DNA from: Nitrospirales bacterium | GTDB taxonomy: Bacteria > Nitrospirota > Nitrospiria > Nitrospirales > UBA8639 | Direction: 5' to 3' | DNA: 64,000 nucleotides | Assembly (NCBI GenBank): GCA_965203295.1 | Contig: CBDBCZ010000016.1 | Span: 1,408,001-1,472,000 of the forward strand | Shown: piece by piece, positions 1-11,283 of the stretch | Layout: the number at the start of each line of letters is the position of its first letter | How positions within the stretch are numbered: the stretch's first letter is position 1 | Notes under the pieces: generated by a model | What the model saw: only the letters and a program-made list of their open reading frames with translations | Database searches by the model: none | What the model was told of the DNA's origin: nothing | Program-made: the position numbers and the translations under genes

Positions 1-490
1 ACGTTTTGAATAAGATGAACTATTTTTCTTTTTTTGGTTTTGTATGTCATGTATGTACTAGCTTTCCAGATCAAAAACATCGCTATGGGTATGGAAGGGA
101 GTGTGCAGGCACATGAGGCCTAGAGATTTTCATGGCAAGCATAATATAGCTAGTCTGGCCCGCGAGACTATATAGCTAAGTGAAATGCTGCGGAGCTAGC
201 CCATCACATGTATACATGTACCTCAAATTCTCTTCCATGCAGTGGAATGGCACGAAGCGGAGGTGGCTACTCATACAATGTCAGGTGTCATGACTAGTGT
301 CATATCTCTGGGACTGCTGACCAATCTGCTGAAGGAATCCCAGAAAGACTAGCTACCAGGTAAGCTGAGAGCAAAAAAAACCTTGGCCGAATTCAAGGAA
401 ATTGGGCCACTTCTTCTTTACCCAGCCAACAACAAAACTTGTAGCTCTTTTGATACAACACAAAGAAAAACGCATTGTTTGAATTCCTGT

Positions 491-1219
491 TTAGAATTTT
501 TCCGTCGGGGGTCTCAGATCCAACTCCTGGGTCCAGGCACTCCTTTTCTGCACATGGAGTTGCCAGTAAGTCTCAGCAATATCCTCAGGGTTGAGAAGAC
601 CACCCTCTTCCTTCTTTTTAGCATACATCTCTGGGCGCATTCGCTGGAACCAATGCGTGTCAATTATGCCATCTATTATCACGTGGGCTACATGGATTCC
701 CTGAGGACCCAGCTCACGGGCCATGGACTGAGAGAGAGCCTTAAGACCAAATTTGCCTGCAGCAAAAGCTGAAAAGCCTGCGCTTCCGCGCATGCTTGCT
801 GTCGCCCCGGTGAATAAGATAGTACCCCTGCCACGCTTCTTCATGTACAGTGCTGCTTCACGCCCAGTCAAAAAACCGGCGAAACAGGTCGATTCCCAAG
901 TCCTGCGGAAGTCCTCGGAAGATATTTCGTTGATTGGCCCCACCTTCATCCGGCTAACGTTGAACACGCACGCCTCGATCGGCCCGACCTCCTCCTCCAC
1001 CACACGGAACATGTCTTTAACTTGATCTTCTTGACTAGCATCGGTTCCGAAGGCCCTAGCTTTCCCGCCATTGGCCTGGATCTCTTTCACTAGTGGTTCC
1101 AGTTTTTCGACACTCCTTCGCGCGATACAGGCCGTAAAGCCTTCCCGAGCAAAACGTTTAGCAATTGCTCCACCGGTAGCATCTCCAGCACCCAACAGTA
1201 TGAGAGCTCTAGCTGCCAT
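491..1219 (-). CDS. Short-chain dehydrogenase/reductase, bacterial-type atypical classical SDR (copy 1, 242 aa, intronless)
   Basis: GAGDATGGAIAKRFAREG Rossmann start; TGATASMRG; FAAGK in place of YxxxK; ARELGPQGIHVAHVIIDG; C-terminal WTQELDLRP..EKF. Confidence 0.92.
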   Translation of the reverse strand: MAARALILLGAGDATGGAIAKRFAREGFTACIARRSVEKLEPLVKEIQANGGKARAFGTDASQEDQVKDMFRVVEEEVGPIEACVFNVSRMKVGPINEISSEDFRRTWESTCFAGFLTGREAALYMKKRGRGTILFTGATASMRGSAGFSAFAAGKFGLKALSQSMARELGPQGIHVAHVIIDGIIDTHWFQRMRPEMYAKKKEEGGLLNPEDIAETYWQLHVQKRSAWTQELDLRPPTEKF

Positions 1220-1415
1220 TATTTTATAGACTCGTGACTACACGTCCCGCCTTATTGACCACGCCCCGAGTACGAGCGCGCGGGAAAAGCTTATGCCTAA
1301 ACAATGAGGAACTACGTATAGCTACACCTACACTGCAGGGCTTGTACGTTTTACCCTGGACATTTAGCGCTAGCCCTCTACAGCTCAGTCCCTACACGCC
1401 ACACCAGGCAAACTA

Positions 1416-1458
1416 ACCCAGGAGTTGGAACTAAAGACCCTGGACGGAAAAATTCTAG
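1416..1458 (+). pseudogene. Remnant 3' end of an SDR copy (TQELEL/RPWTEKF*, one-base frameshift)
   Basis: acccaggagttggaactaaagaccctggacggaaaaattctag matches the last codons of the + strand SDR copies and is followed by the ttttgaaacagg 3' flank seen after copy 5. Confidence 0.75.
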
Positions 1459-1549
1459 TTATCATAATTTTGAAACAGGGATAATTTGGAATTATTAATT
1501 TTGAAACAGGAATAATTTTCATAATTATTAATTTTCACACAGTTAATAA

Positions 1550-1691
1550 CTAAAATTTTTCTGTCCAGGGTCTCAGATCCAACTCCAGGGTCCAGGCACT
1601 CCTTTTCTACACATGGAGTAGCCAGTAAGACTCTGCAATATGCTCAGGGATGAGAAGACCACCCTGGTCCTTCTTTTTGGCGTACATCTCT
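1550..1691 (-). pseudogene. SDR 3' fragment with in-frame stop (EMYAKKKDQGGLLIPEHIAESYWLLHV*KRSAWTLELDLRPWTEKF)
   Basis: Near-identical to the 3' ends of copies 1 and 2. CAG>TAG premature stop. No upstream coding part. Confidence 0.85.
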
Positions 1692-2436
1692 CATTATGAT
1701 CTCTGGACCGTCATTTGCTGCATGTCAATAAAAGAAAACAAGTCTTAGAGCAAGAGTAACCAATGGTTACACAGCTGATTGGTCTATTACAACTTCTTCC
1801 TAGTACCCCAAATTAGTATTAATACCAACATAATTATGCTCTTATTTAGCTAGCCAGTGACAAAATTATCAACTCTTTTGATATAACATGGCCAGGACGT
1901 ATGAGTAATTACGTACTAATTGTCAGAAATACCCATGCAGGTCTTATATACTAGAGTTAGAATGACTTAATATAGCCTAAGCTTGTAACATGTTTGGCAG
2001 TTCAATAGTTAATGAAATATCACTCACTTCAAGTTGTTTGCAATATTATAGAAATTCAATGATTGTAGTTTATCTTTCTTTAGCAAAACTTCCCCAACGG
2101 GAAAGTTTTTTGACCATGCGCACGTTTGACTCATGTCAGTTTCTCCTACTGTGATAAGGATGTGATTGCCACAGGAGCTGAAAGGCTGATGGGAGTCCTC
2201 GACAAAATCCATGCAGGCCGGGCAGTGAACTGTTCATGATCAGCCGCTTATTTTCAGTGGGAATCTTACTTTGAAGGATATCAGTTATTTAATTTGTTAG
2301 TAGCTATACATGTATTACAAGGTGTTTTGAGGTCCAATCCATGCAAGACTCTCATCATGCATTGCTATTAAGGTAGCAAGGAAGAAAATAAGATTTTAAC
2401 AGTTACAAAAAAACAAAAAAAAAACGTTCTTCCTGT

Positions 2437-3168
2437 TTAGAATTTCTCCGTCCAAGGTCTCAGATCCAACTCCTGGGTCCAGGCACTCCTTTTCTGCACG
2501 TGGAGTTGCCAGTAAGACTCAGCAATATCCTCAGGGTTGAGAATACCACCCTGGTCCTTCTTTTTAGCATACATCTCTGGATACTTCTGCTGGAACCACT
2601 GCGTGTCAATTATACCATCTATGACCACGTGGGCTACATGAATGCCCTGAGGACCCAGCTCCCGGGCCATGGACTGAGAGAGAGCCCTCAGACCAAATTT
2701 TCCCGCAGCAAAAGCCGAAAAGCCTGAGCCTCCACGCATGCTTGCTGTCGCCCCAGTGAATAAGATTGTGCCCCTGCCACGCTTCTTCATGTACAGTGCT
2801 GCTTCACGCCCAGACAGAAAACCAGAGAAACAGGTCGATTCCCAAATCTTGCGGAAGTCATCGGAAGATATTTCGTTGATGGGCCCCACCTTCGTCATGT
2901 TGCCAACGTTAAACACGCACGCCTCGATCGGCCCGACCTCCTCCTCCACCACACGGAACATGTCTTTAACTTGATCTTCTTGACTAGCATCGGTTCCGAA
3001 GGCCCTAGCTTTCCCGCCATCAGCCTGGATCTCTTTCACTAGTGGTTCCAGTTTTTCGACACTCCTTCTCGCGACACAGGCCGTGAAGCCTTCCCGAGCA
3101 AAACGTTTGGCAATTGCTCCACCGGTGGCATCTCCAGCACCAAACAATATGAAAGCTCTAGCTGCCAT
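2437..3168 (-). CDS. Bacterial-type SDR copy 2 (243 aa; start at MAARAF, not the longer track ORF)
   Basis: Colinear with copy 1. The ATG at 3168 aligns with the starts of all paralogs. Confidence 0.92.
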   Translation of the reverse strand: MAARAFILFGAGDATGGAIAKRFAREGFTACVARRSVEKLEPLVKEIQADGGKARAFGTDASQEDQVKDMFRVVEEEVGPIEACVFNVGNMTKVGPINEISSDDFRKIWESTCFSGFLSGREAALYMKKRGRGTILFTGATASMRGGSGFSAFAAGKFGLRALSQSMARELGPQGIHVAHVVIDGIIDTQWFQQKYPEMYAKKKDQGGILNPEDIAESYWQLHVQKRSAWTQELDLRPWTEKF

Positions 3169-4314
3169 TATTTTTAAGTCTCGTGACCAGACATGCTTGT
3201 GTCGACGTCGACGTCCCGCCTTATTGACCACGCCCCGAGTATAAGTCTTATATATACATGTATGCGCTCGCGTGGGAGGCACATGGAATCCTATAAGGAA
3301 CTATGCACCTGCACTACAGGGCCTGTATGGTTTACCCTGGATACTATATAGTACATGCCACACCAAGCAAATTCTCATCTAGCTCGCTACGTAGCTAGCT
3401 ACCTCAAGGCTTGCTTGCGATAGGCACTGTGTTCCTGTCAGAAGTAGTAGTCATCAATGATCTGCAGGCTTTAGGAGGGATCCTGACATTGCAGTTGAGC
3501 TGGAAACTCTATAGTCTTATATATATAATGTTGTTGGTGGTGGTGGTGGTGTTAATTCTTTGGAGGAATTTGTTACTCAATTTTCCGAAGTCTTTCTTTC
3601 CTCTTTCATCTCCCTTCTGCCACCTACTAGTTTCTCACATTTGTGCTTTTTTTGTGTCTGATAATCCAATGGGCGCCTGTACTTACAAAAATAACATTGA
3701 TTCATCGATTGACAGCTATACATTCAGAACTTGCAAATGTTCTCTCTCACATCCGACATCTGTCTCAGTAACATGAACCGTTAACGTTGTACACTAATTT
3801 TGCTGCTCATGATCACAGCTACATGTAGCTATAGTGCAGATAATTATGCATGACTCACTCATTAAAAAAGCCTAATCACAATTAACCTATAGCTAACAAT
3901 TTATAACAATGCAAGTTCACGAGAGACATACATGGTTGCGTGGAAATAGCTATGTCCACAGATCTATAGACATAGGAAGGATGGTATCAGAGAGTTGCTT
4001 TCTTGGAATTGATACTACCTACACTAGCTGGTGTATATACATTGTATAGGTATATATATATATGTAATAGTAATTAAGATCATAATCCTAGCCTCAAGAT
4101 ATTGTTTGTTTTTTTTCCATTATCCTGACTAAATTCACTCCCATTATATTAATCGGACATGATACATGTACATTTGGTAATAGAATCCTGTGCACTGCTT
4201 ACCACTGCGCGCATGCACAGAATATTGAAGTCCACTATCCTAAATGTGCACTGATACCCCATACAGTATTTTAAGATTCTGACTATATCACCAGTGTGAG
4301 AACACAGCTGCATC

Positions 4315-5121
4315 ATATGAAGGGCTGAGAACCAGTGGTCTAATCCAAAATCAAGCATAGAAAATTGCATGAAATGCATAAAATGTGCTATGAGCGTATA
4401 ACTAAAAATCAATTTTGTAGATTGGACTACAGTCTGGTTCTCAGCCCGGGGGATACGAAATATCCCGGGGGATGCGAAATATCCCAAGGGATGCGAAATA
4501 TCCCGGGGGATACAAAATATTCTGGGGATGCGAAATATCCCGGGGGATGCGAAATATCCCGGGAATGCGAAATATCCCGGGGGATACAAAATATCCCGGG
4601 GATGCGAAATATCCCGGGGGATGCAAAATATCCCGGGGATGCGAAATATCCCAGGGATGCGAATTATCCCGGGGGATACAAATATCCTGGGGATGCGAAA
4701 TATCCCGGGGGATGCAAAATATCCCGGGGATGCGAAATATCCCGGGGGATGCGAAATATCCCGGGGGATGCGAAATATCCCAGGGGATGCGAAATATCCC
4801 GGGGATGCGAAATATCCCGGGGGATACAAAATATCCCAGCCCTGATATCTCAAAAAAATCTGTAATAACATTGGTTGTGCGAAATAACCCCGTGGATGCA
4901 ACATATATCGGGGGATGCGGAATATCTCGGGGGGGGTGCAAAATGAAGGGCTGAGAACCAGACTGTATAGTCCAATCCACAAAATTGAATTAACCCTCCA
5001 GAACTTAATGTGTTTCAGAAACTGCCCAAATTTTTAGTTATATGCTCATATATAGCACATTTTATGCAATTTCCTATGCTTGATTTTGGGTTAGACCACT
5101 ATGGTTCTCAGCCCTTCATAT
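4315..5121. mobile_element. Foldback/MITE-like element: long inverted arms around a minisatellite core
   Basis: Termini atatgaagggctgagaacca / tggttctcagcccttcatat. Arms ~4315-4447 and ~4947-5121 are reverse complements with indels. Confidence 0.75.
4445..4840. repeat. ~19-21 bp minisatellite GGG(GG)ATGCGAAATATCCC, about 20 units
   Basis: Directly visible tandem units. It is the source of the repetitive ORFs in several frames. Confidence 0.95.
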
Positions 5122-5587
5122 AATATAGTGACACTATAGAACAATGTTTAAAGATCTCAGATTGTAGACCATGACGTCGACTCTGTATATATGCAATAGT
5201 TCCACACCCATATGCATCCTATTACTTTCTTCATCCTGGCCACTTTATGCGCACAGCCTTCAGTTGACGTGTTCAGTATCATGTACACCAGATTTAGTCT
5301 GGGGACATGCTGCATATAAGCAATATACATAATTATATGAACCACACCTCTATAGCTATTCAAGACCATGCATGCATGCATCCCCTATATGCATCTGGAC
5401 TATTCAGATCCGGTCTGCTGCATATACCCAATGATTTTTTTAGATAACTATATAGAAAAACTTTAACTTTCCCCTAAGTAGCTACAAAAACAACAACAAT
5501 AACAACAAAAATGCAAACACTGAAAATTATTCCTGTTTGAAAAATTAAACTAGAATTTTTCCACCCAAGTTTCTTGTTCCTGTTTCA

Positions 5588-7345
5588 CTAGAATTTTTCC
5601 GTCCACGGTCTCAGTTCCAACTCCTGGGTCCAGGCACTCCTTTTCTGCGCGTGGAGTTGCCAGTAAGTCTCGGCAATATCCTCAGGGTTGAGAGTGCGAT
5701 CCTCCTCCGTCTTTTTAATTCCACCATCTATGACCACGTGGGCTACATGAATGCCCTGAGGACCCAGCTCACGGGCCATGGACTGAGAGAGAGCCCTCAG
5801 ACCAAATTTGGCCGCAGCAAACGCCGAAAAGCGTGAGCTTCCACGCATGCTTGCTGTCGCCCCAGTGAATATGATTGTGCCCCTGCCACGCTTTTTCATG
5901 TACAGTGCTGCTTCGCGTCCAGTCAGAAAACCAGCGAAACAGGTCGATTCCCAAGTCTTACGGAAGTCGTCGGAAGATATTTCGTTGATGGGCCCCACCT
6001 TCGTCATTCTGCCAACGTTGAACACGCACGCCTCGATCGGCCCGACCTCCTCCTCCACCACACGGAACAAGTCTTTAACTTGATCTTCTTGACTAGCATC
6101 GGTTCCGAAGGCCCTAGCTTTCCCGCCATTGGCCTGGATCTCTCATGCCCAGCAATTTGGGCATTCAGCTGTGATACATAAGGCAGACTCCGACTACAGT
6201 ACCACTCGTGCAATAGCCGGTTGCGAATAGTAAGGCAGCAGATAACCTTCCCCAGTGAGGTACAGCTATTTGTGGTCTTCAAGGCTTTACTAGAGCTTTC
6301 AATCACCACTTCAACATCTGGTTCAACAGCAGCCGCCTCACACTCTGTGCTCTTCTTAGGCCTCCCTCTACTTTTAGCTTTAGGCTCAGCCATTGCAACT
6401 ATAGAGAAACAGGCCCTGTGCTCTAGAAACCACCTGCTTAAAGTCATTCAGCCCGCCTGCGCCAAAGCTTAGCGCACAGCTTCATCTACAGCTATGCGCA
6501 TGTTTATAGCTTGTCCAGGACCAGCTCAGCTAAGAGCCGTAGAGATTGCAAGCTTCGGATACCCACTACCTTCGTAATCAACCCTCTTAGAGTCTACCAG
6601 TCCACTTCCCTCCCTTTTGCATTCAACCCACACTGTCAGGCGCGCCATGGTAGAAGAGAATCTGCCTTCAGCTAGCTGCCTCCACTCCGTACGCAATCGT
6701 TCTCGAATGATGTCACTATTACGTCAACCTCTGTTGAAAATGGAGTTTTGCCCGTTTTTAAATTGTCCGAGGAAAAATCCAGAGTGGGCAGTACCGCCTA
6801 TTTCTGTTGTTTGGAACATTTTTAGGCAGTCTTTTAAGAAATGAGATGATGGGAAGCTAAAAAAAATGAGTGTTTTTCCTTCAAGAAGCCGTCATGTCCA
6901 GTCGATTTTTGAAAAAAATGAAATTTTATACACAGTTAATGCATAGAAACGGAGAAGTTATAAATCTTGCTAGGGAAAAATCGAAAGGCCAGGTCCTCTG
7001 CTGTAACTTCCGCGGATGTTTAGGCAAAGACTTGTGGTAGCTTTCTGGATGATGGGAAGTAAGAAACAGCATCTGCCTGAATGGAGAGAAGCGTAGGTCT
7101 CTTTCACCGCCATGTAGCCTGTACATTTTGCCGTCTTTGAGTATGCGGAAATATTTCCGTATTCTACTAAATTACAAAGCGGATGTCAAACGATATCTGG
7201 TAATGGGAAGTTTCACTAATGGCTCCAGTTTTTCGACACTCCTTCGCGCGACACAGGCCGTGAAGCCTTCCCGAGCGAAACGTTTGGCAATCTCTCCACC
7301 GGTTGCATCTCCCGCACCCAGCACTATCAAAGCTTTAGCTGCCAT
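5588..7345 (-). pseudogene. SDR copy 3 interrupted by an insertion (5' part 7211-7345 = 45 codons; 3' part 5588-6142 = 185 codons)
   Basis: MAAKALIVLGAGDATGGEIAKRFAREG...EPLVK joins in frame to EIQANGGK...RPWTEKF if 6143-7210 is removed. The insert ends (CTTCCC...GCATGA on the coding strand) are not GT-AG. Confidence 0.85.
6143..7210. mobile_element. ~1.07 kb unclassified insertion, probable transposon fragment
   Basis: Absent from the four intact paralogs at the orthologous position (GTGAAA|GAGATC). No clear TSD or TIR seen. Confidence 0.55.
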
Positions 7346-7785
7346 TGCATTGTTAGTGATAAAGTCACGTGACTACGTACTTGCAAAAAACATAGCCACA
7401 CCCTCACACTATTATACCTCGTGCCCAGTGCATCCCAGCACCCTTTGCACTTTTATCACTTCGTTTTTATAACACCTTGAAGCTTCAGACATTTACTGAC
7501 CGCAGTGTGAGAGTGTGACTACATGTGTAGACTGTAATAACACTTTTGACTCTCTCCTGATAATATGAGGGTGTGGCTTCGCAGGACTATATATATAGCG
7601 CCAGACTAGTCAATCATTTCTTGCATAGTGTATACAGTCAACCATTCTTTTGCAGAGTGTAGTCACGAGGGTGTGGCTTCGTGTGGGGCTGGGCACGAGA
7701 CTATATAGCGCCGAGCTTGGGCAATCATGTCATTTTTGTAGAGTGTAATTGCTAGTCACGAGACATTAGAGATTACCGTCCTACA

Positions 7786-8511
7786 ATGGCAGCTAAAGCT
7801 CTCATAGTGTTGGGCGCGGGAGATGCCATCGGTGGATCGATTGCCAAACGTTTCGCTCGGGAAGGCTTCACGGTCTGTGTCGCGCGAAGGAGTGTCGAAA
7901 AACTGGAATCACTAGTGAAAGAGATCCAGGCCAATGGCGGGAAAGCTAGGGCCTTCGGAACCGATGCTAGTCAAGAAGATCAGGTTAAAGATATGTTCCG
8001 TGCGGTGGAGGAGGAAGTCGGGCCGATCGAGGCGTGCGTGTTTAACGTTGGCGCCACGACGAAGGTGGGGCCCATCAACGAAATATCTTCCGACGACTTT
8101 CGCAAGACTTGGGAGTCGACCTGCTTGGCTGGTTTTCTGTCTGGGCGTGAAGCAGCACTGTACATGAAGAAGCGTGGCAGGGGCACAATCTTATTCACCG
8201 GGGCGACAGCAAGCATGCGTGGAAGCGCAGGCTTTTCGGCTTTTGCTGCAGGCAAATTTGGTCTTAAGGCTCTGTCTCAGTCCATGGCCCGGGAGCTGGG
8301 TCCTCAGGGCATTCATATAGCCCATGTGATCATAGATGGTGTTGTTGACACTCAGAAGATCCCACCGTCAGAGGCATACGCTAAAAAGAGGGACGAAGAT
8401 CGTATTCTCAACCCTGAGGATATTGCCGAGTCTTACTGGCAACTCCACGTGCAGAAAAGGAGTGCCTGGACCCAGGAGTTGGCTCTGAGACCGTGGACGG
8501 AAAAATTCTAG
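7786..8511 (+). CDS. Bacterial-type SDR copy 4 (241 aa)
   Basis: Intact ORF with all family motifs; divergent from copy 3. Confidence 0.92.
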   Translation: MAAKALIVLGAGDAIGGSIAKRFAREGFTVCVARRSVEKLESLVKEIQANGGKARAFGTDASQEDQVKDMFRAVEEEVGPIEACVFNVGATTKVGPINEISSDDFRKTWESTCLAGFLSGREAALYMKKRGRGTILFTGATASMRGSAGFSAFAAGKFGLKALSQSMARELGPQGIHIAHVIIDGVVDTQKIPPSEAYAKKRDEDRILNPEDIAESYWQLHVQKRSAWTQELALRPWTEKF

Positions 8512-8956
8512 TGAAACAGGAACAAGAAACTTTTTAGTTTATTTTTAACTATTGTTTTGCTTGTAGCTACTGTATGACTTTACCATAATTGATTTATAAT
8601 TCACACTTTGAAATACAATTGAGATGATACACAAAGCAGCATCTTGTTATCCCATGTACACGACCAGTTGCATGCATTGGAGCTGGTTGGAAAAATGTCG
8701 AAAGATGTAATCTTTAAAAAAAAATTGCAGTGTACAGCTACATGCATGTATATAATTTCTATCCTGTTTGCACAGTTAACGTTGCTACTTGGAATTCGAT
8801 TGCTAAATACTGGCCTCGTTCTCAGGCCACATGTCAAGCACCTGCAGCTGGGAATGAGTCTGGTCAAACTTGCCTATTGAATTTCTGATGGTACACATGG
8901 TCCACATCCAATTTGACCAACAAGTGAATACTATACTGCAATGTACATACCAGCCC

Positions 8957-9028
8957 TAGCCTCGAACCCAGCCATCCCAGCTTTTTTTCGCTTGCGAAAA
9001 GAAGCTGGGACAACTGGGTTCGAGGCTA
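8957..9028. mobile_element. Tiny palindromic MITE (TAGCCTCG...CGAGGCTA) with 9-bp TSD taccagccc
   Basis: Inverted termini and an exact 9-bp flanking duplication. Confidence 0.85.
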
Positions 9029-9684
9029 TACCAGCCCCATTGGAGCGAGTACATGCATACGTGTGAAGACTTTAGGAATCAAGATGAATGCTTTCATGTA
9101 CAACTCAAACTGTAACTGTAATGGTAAGTGTACTATATTGTTTTAAGGCAATAAGTCTCCTCCCCAAGCATGGTGAACTGAGTGCTATATAACCCATTAT
9201 AGTATTTTGCGTGGGCGGATCAAAGGCGAAAAGTGTGCTTTATTTTCCATATAGCACAGTTATGGTGTGAAGAGTGCTGTATGAAAACTCATACAGCACA
9301 GGAAGTACAATATAGAACAGTTCATGGGTAATTGAGAACTTTTATCAATTAACTGTAAACAGAATCCACGAAAGTGCAGCAGGGCTAGCTACAAACGACA
9401 AACACTCCTAGCAAATGGGTACAACCATACGGAGCTCATCCATGGTACAACACGTTAGCTACCATGGTACCAGTAAAGCCTTGAGCCTAGCAGTGCTATT
9501 TGATGCACAAAACGGTAAGCTTGCAGCGTACAGACATGCAGACGGAAACGCAACAAAACTAGGCATACACCGAGAATGGCAGCTTACCATGCTTTCTACA
9601 TCGATTGTTGAACGATCTGTGAGCCAAAAAACGCCATATCCCTCCAGGACCAGCACAAAATTCAAACGTGAAATACTATAAACC

Positions 9685-9851
9685 AGTTAAAGTACCGTAT
9701 ACCCTCGTGCACTACGTGAAATATTGCACTTGGGCATGGTCTCGAGGCCAAATATAGCACTCGGCTTCGCCTCGTGCTATATTTGCCTCTCGCCCACGCC
9801 CTCGCGCAATATTTCACGTAGTGCACTCGGGACGTCGACGGTACTTTAACT
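9685..9851 (-). repeat. 167-bp hairpin with GCGAAGC apex and tandem GA/GA mismatches on the minus strand (probable non-autonomous element end)
   Basis: agttaaagtaccgt...acggtactttaact; apex gcactcggcttcgcctcgtgc at 9757-9777. Confidence 0.8.
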
Positions 9852-11283
9852 AATATTTACCAACCAAAAGAAATAGATTAAAAAAGCAGAAAAGCCTGTA
9901 CTAAGTATTAACGCCTAATATTAAAACCTCCATATAAATTCATATGGGCTCAGTATGGGAGCTCATGACGCATATATGCGTCATTGGTAGGTAAAGAGAT
10001 AATAGCTGAGATTCAACGTCCTTGCATTGTGGAACCTGCATGAATGGCTGTGTCCTGTGACAGACTCTGAGATAGCAATACAAGGGTACCAGACATTTCG
10101 GCTCTATAGGAACAGACAGGGTGGAGGTGTTATCATGTACATTCTGGAAAATTGTATTGTTACTGAATAAAGGTAACTTATTGTCCATTGTTTGTGACAA
10201 ATTAATGTTACTGTACACAGGTGCTTGCTGTATGGCTTGTATATCTCTTTGCACTGTCCTCTCTGAAGTTTTTGATAGTCTTTGTAGAAGTTCTCAGTTT
10301 TGTACTATGGCTAGTAGCTACTAATTATGGCGGTTTAATGTATAAATTTTGTAAACACCTCTCACTCACATTTTCCCCGGTTCAAACATTCTTGTTTATC
10401 ACAAGTTGTAGCTAACACACTACATTCATGCTAGCCCAAACAGTTGTGCTTTTTTTAATTCTTGTCATTACCATCTTTGCTACATCTTTGAAATGTTATA
10501 GTAGAGGCTGACATGTATGTTCTATACTATAACATTTCAAACCTTTTAATTAATTAACCCTTTTAAACCCTTTTTAACCTTTTTAACCTTTTTGAGCCGT
10601 TCAATTAACCTTTTAACCCTTTTTAAAACATTTTTGCCCTTTTTAACCTTTACTTTTCAGTGTTTGTTGTCCTGCTACTGGAGTACATTGAATTTGGATA
10701 GAGAAGCCCTTCTAGTTTTCATGTACCTTAGGTTGCTGCTTTCATCCATAGGCTGTGCTACTTCCCCTCTGATGTCCTTGTCCCCTGTGTGAACTTTAGC
10801 CAGCGTAGCTAGCTATCTGTCATCTTTTTTCATACCAACCTCGACTCATACACCCACCAGTTCTTTTTACCACTCTTTTACACCTCACACTACTTCTTTG
10901 GCCCCTAGCATCATGTGTCGACCCCACTGACTATGCCTATTTTTCAACCATAATGTAATTTTTGTGGGGCACACTCTAGTTAATATTAGCATACTTGCTA
11001 CTGTGTATATACGTATGCATGCCTAAGCTACAAAGCCTTTGCACTTCTATGGCTTTGTTATTATAACACTTTGTTGACTCTCCCTGATAAATATGAGGGT
11101 GTGGCTTCGCGGGACTATACTAGCCAATCATTTTTTGCACAGTGTATACAGTCAATCATTTTTTGCAGAGTGTATATAGTCACGAGGGTGTGGCTTCGCG
11201 GGACTATATAGCGCTGAGCTTGGTCAATCATTTTTAGCAGAGTGTAGCCACGAAACATTAGAGATTACCGCCCTATAGCTATA

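Noticed and set aside
383..1025. Antisense ORFs over the SDR genes, and similar ones over the receptor, ACTMAP and fibrinogen-like genes
   Set aside because: They are shadow frames that recur only because the sense genes are duplicated.
3169..3282. N-terminal extension of SDR copy 2, and likewise the track starts at 16081, 25678 and 31897
   Set aside because: These are non-ATG starts. Paralog alignment and signal peptides support the downstream ATGs.
4445..4840. CRISPR-like array or repetitive protein ORFs (4149-4982 and overlapping)
   Set aside because: The units are contiguous with no unique spacers and there are no cas genes. Open frames on both strands are a by-product of the repeat.
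6200..6393. Selenoprotein H-like N-terminus (RGRPKK...VVIES)
   Set aside because: No CxxU/CxxC motif or in-frame TGA follows VVIE; the resemblance is superficial.
6143..7210. Canonical intron in SDR copy 3
   Set aside because: The boundaries are not GT-AG or GC-AG, and the paralogs are intronless.
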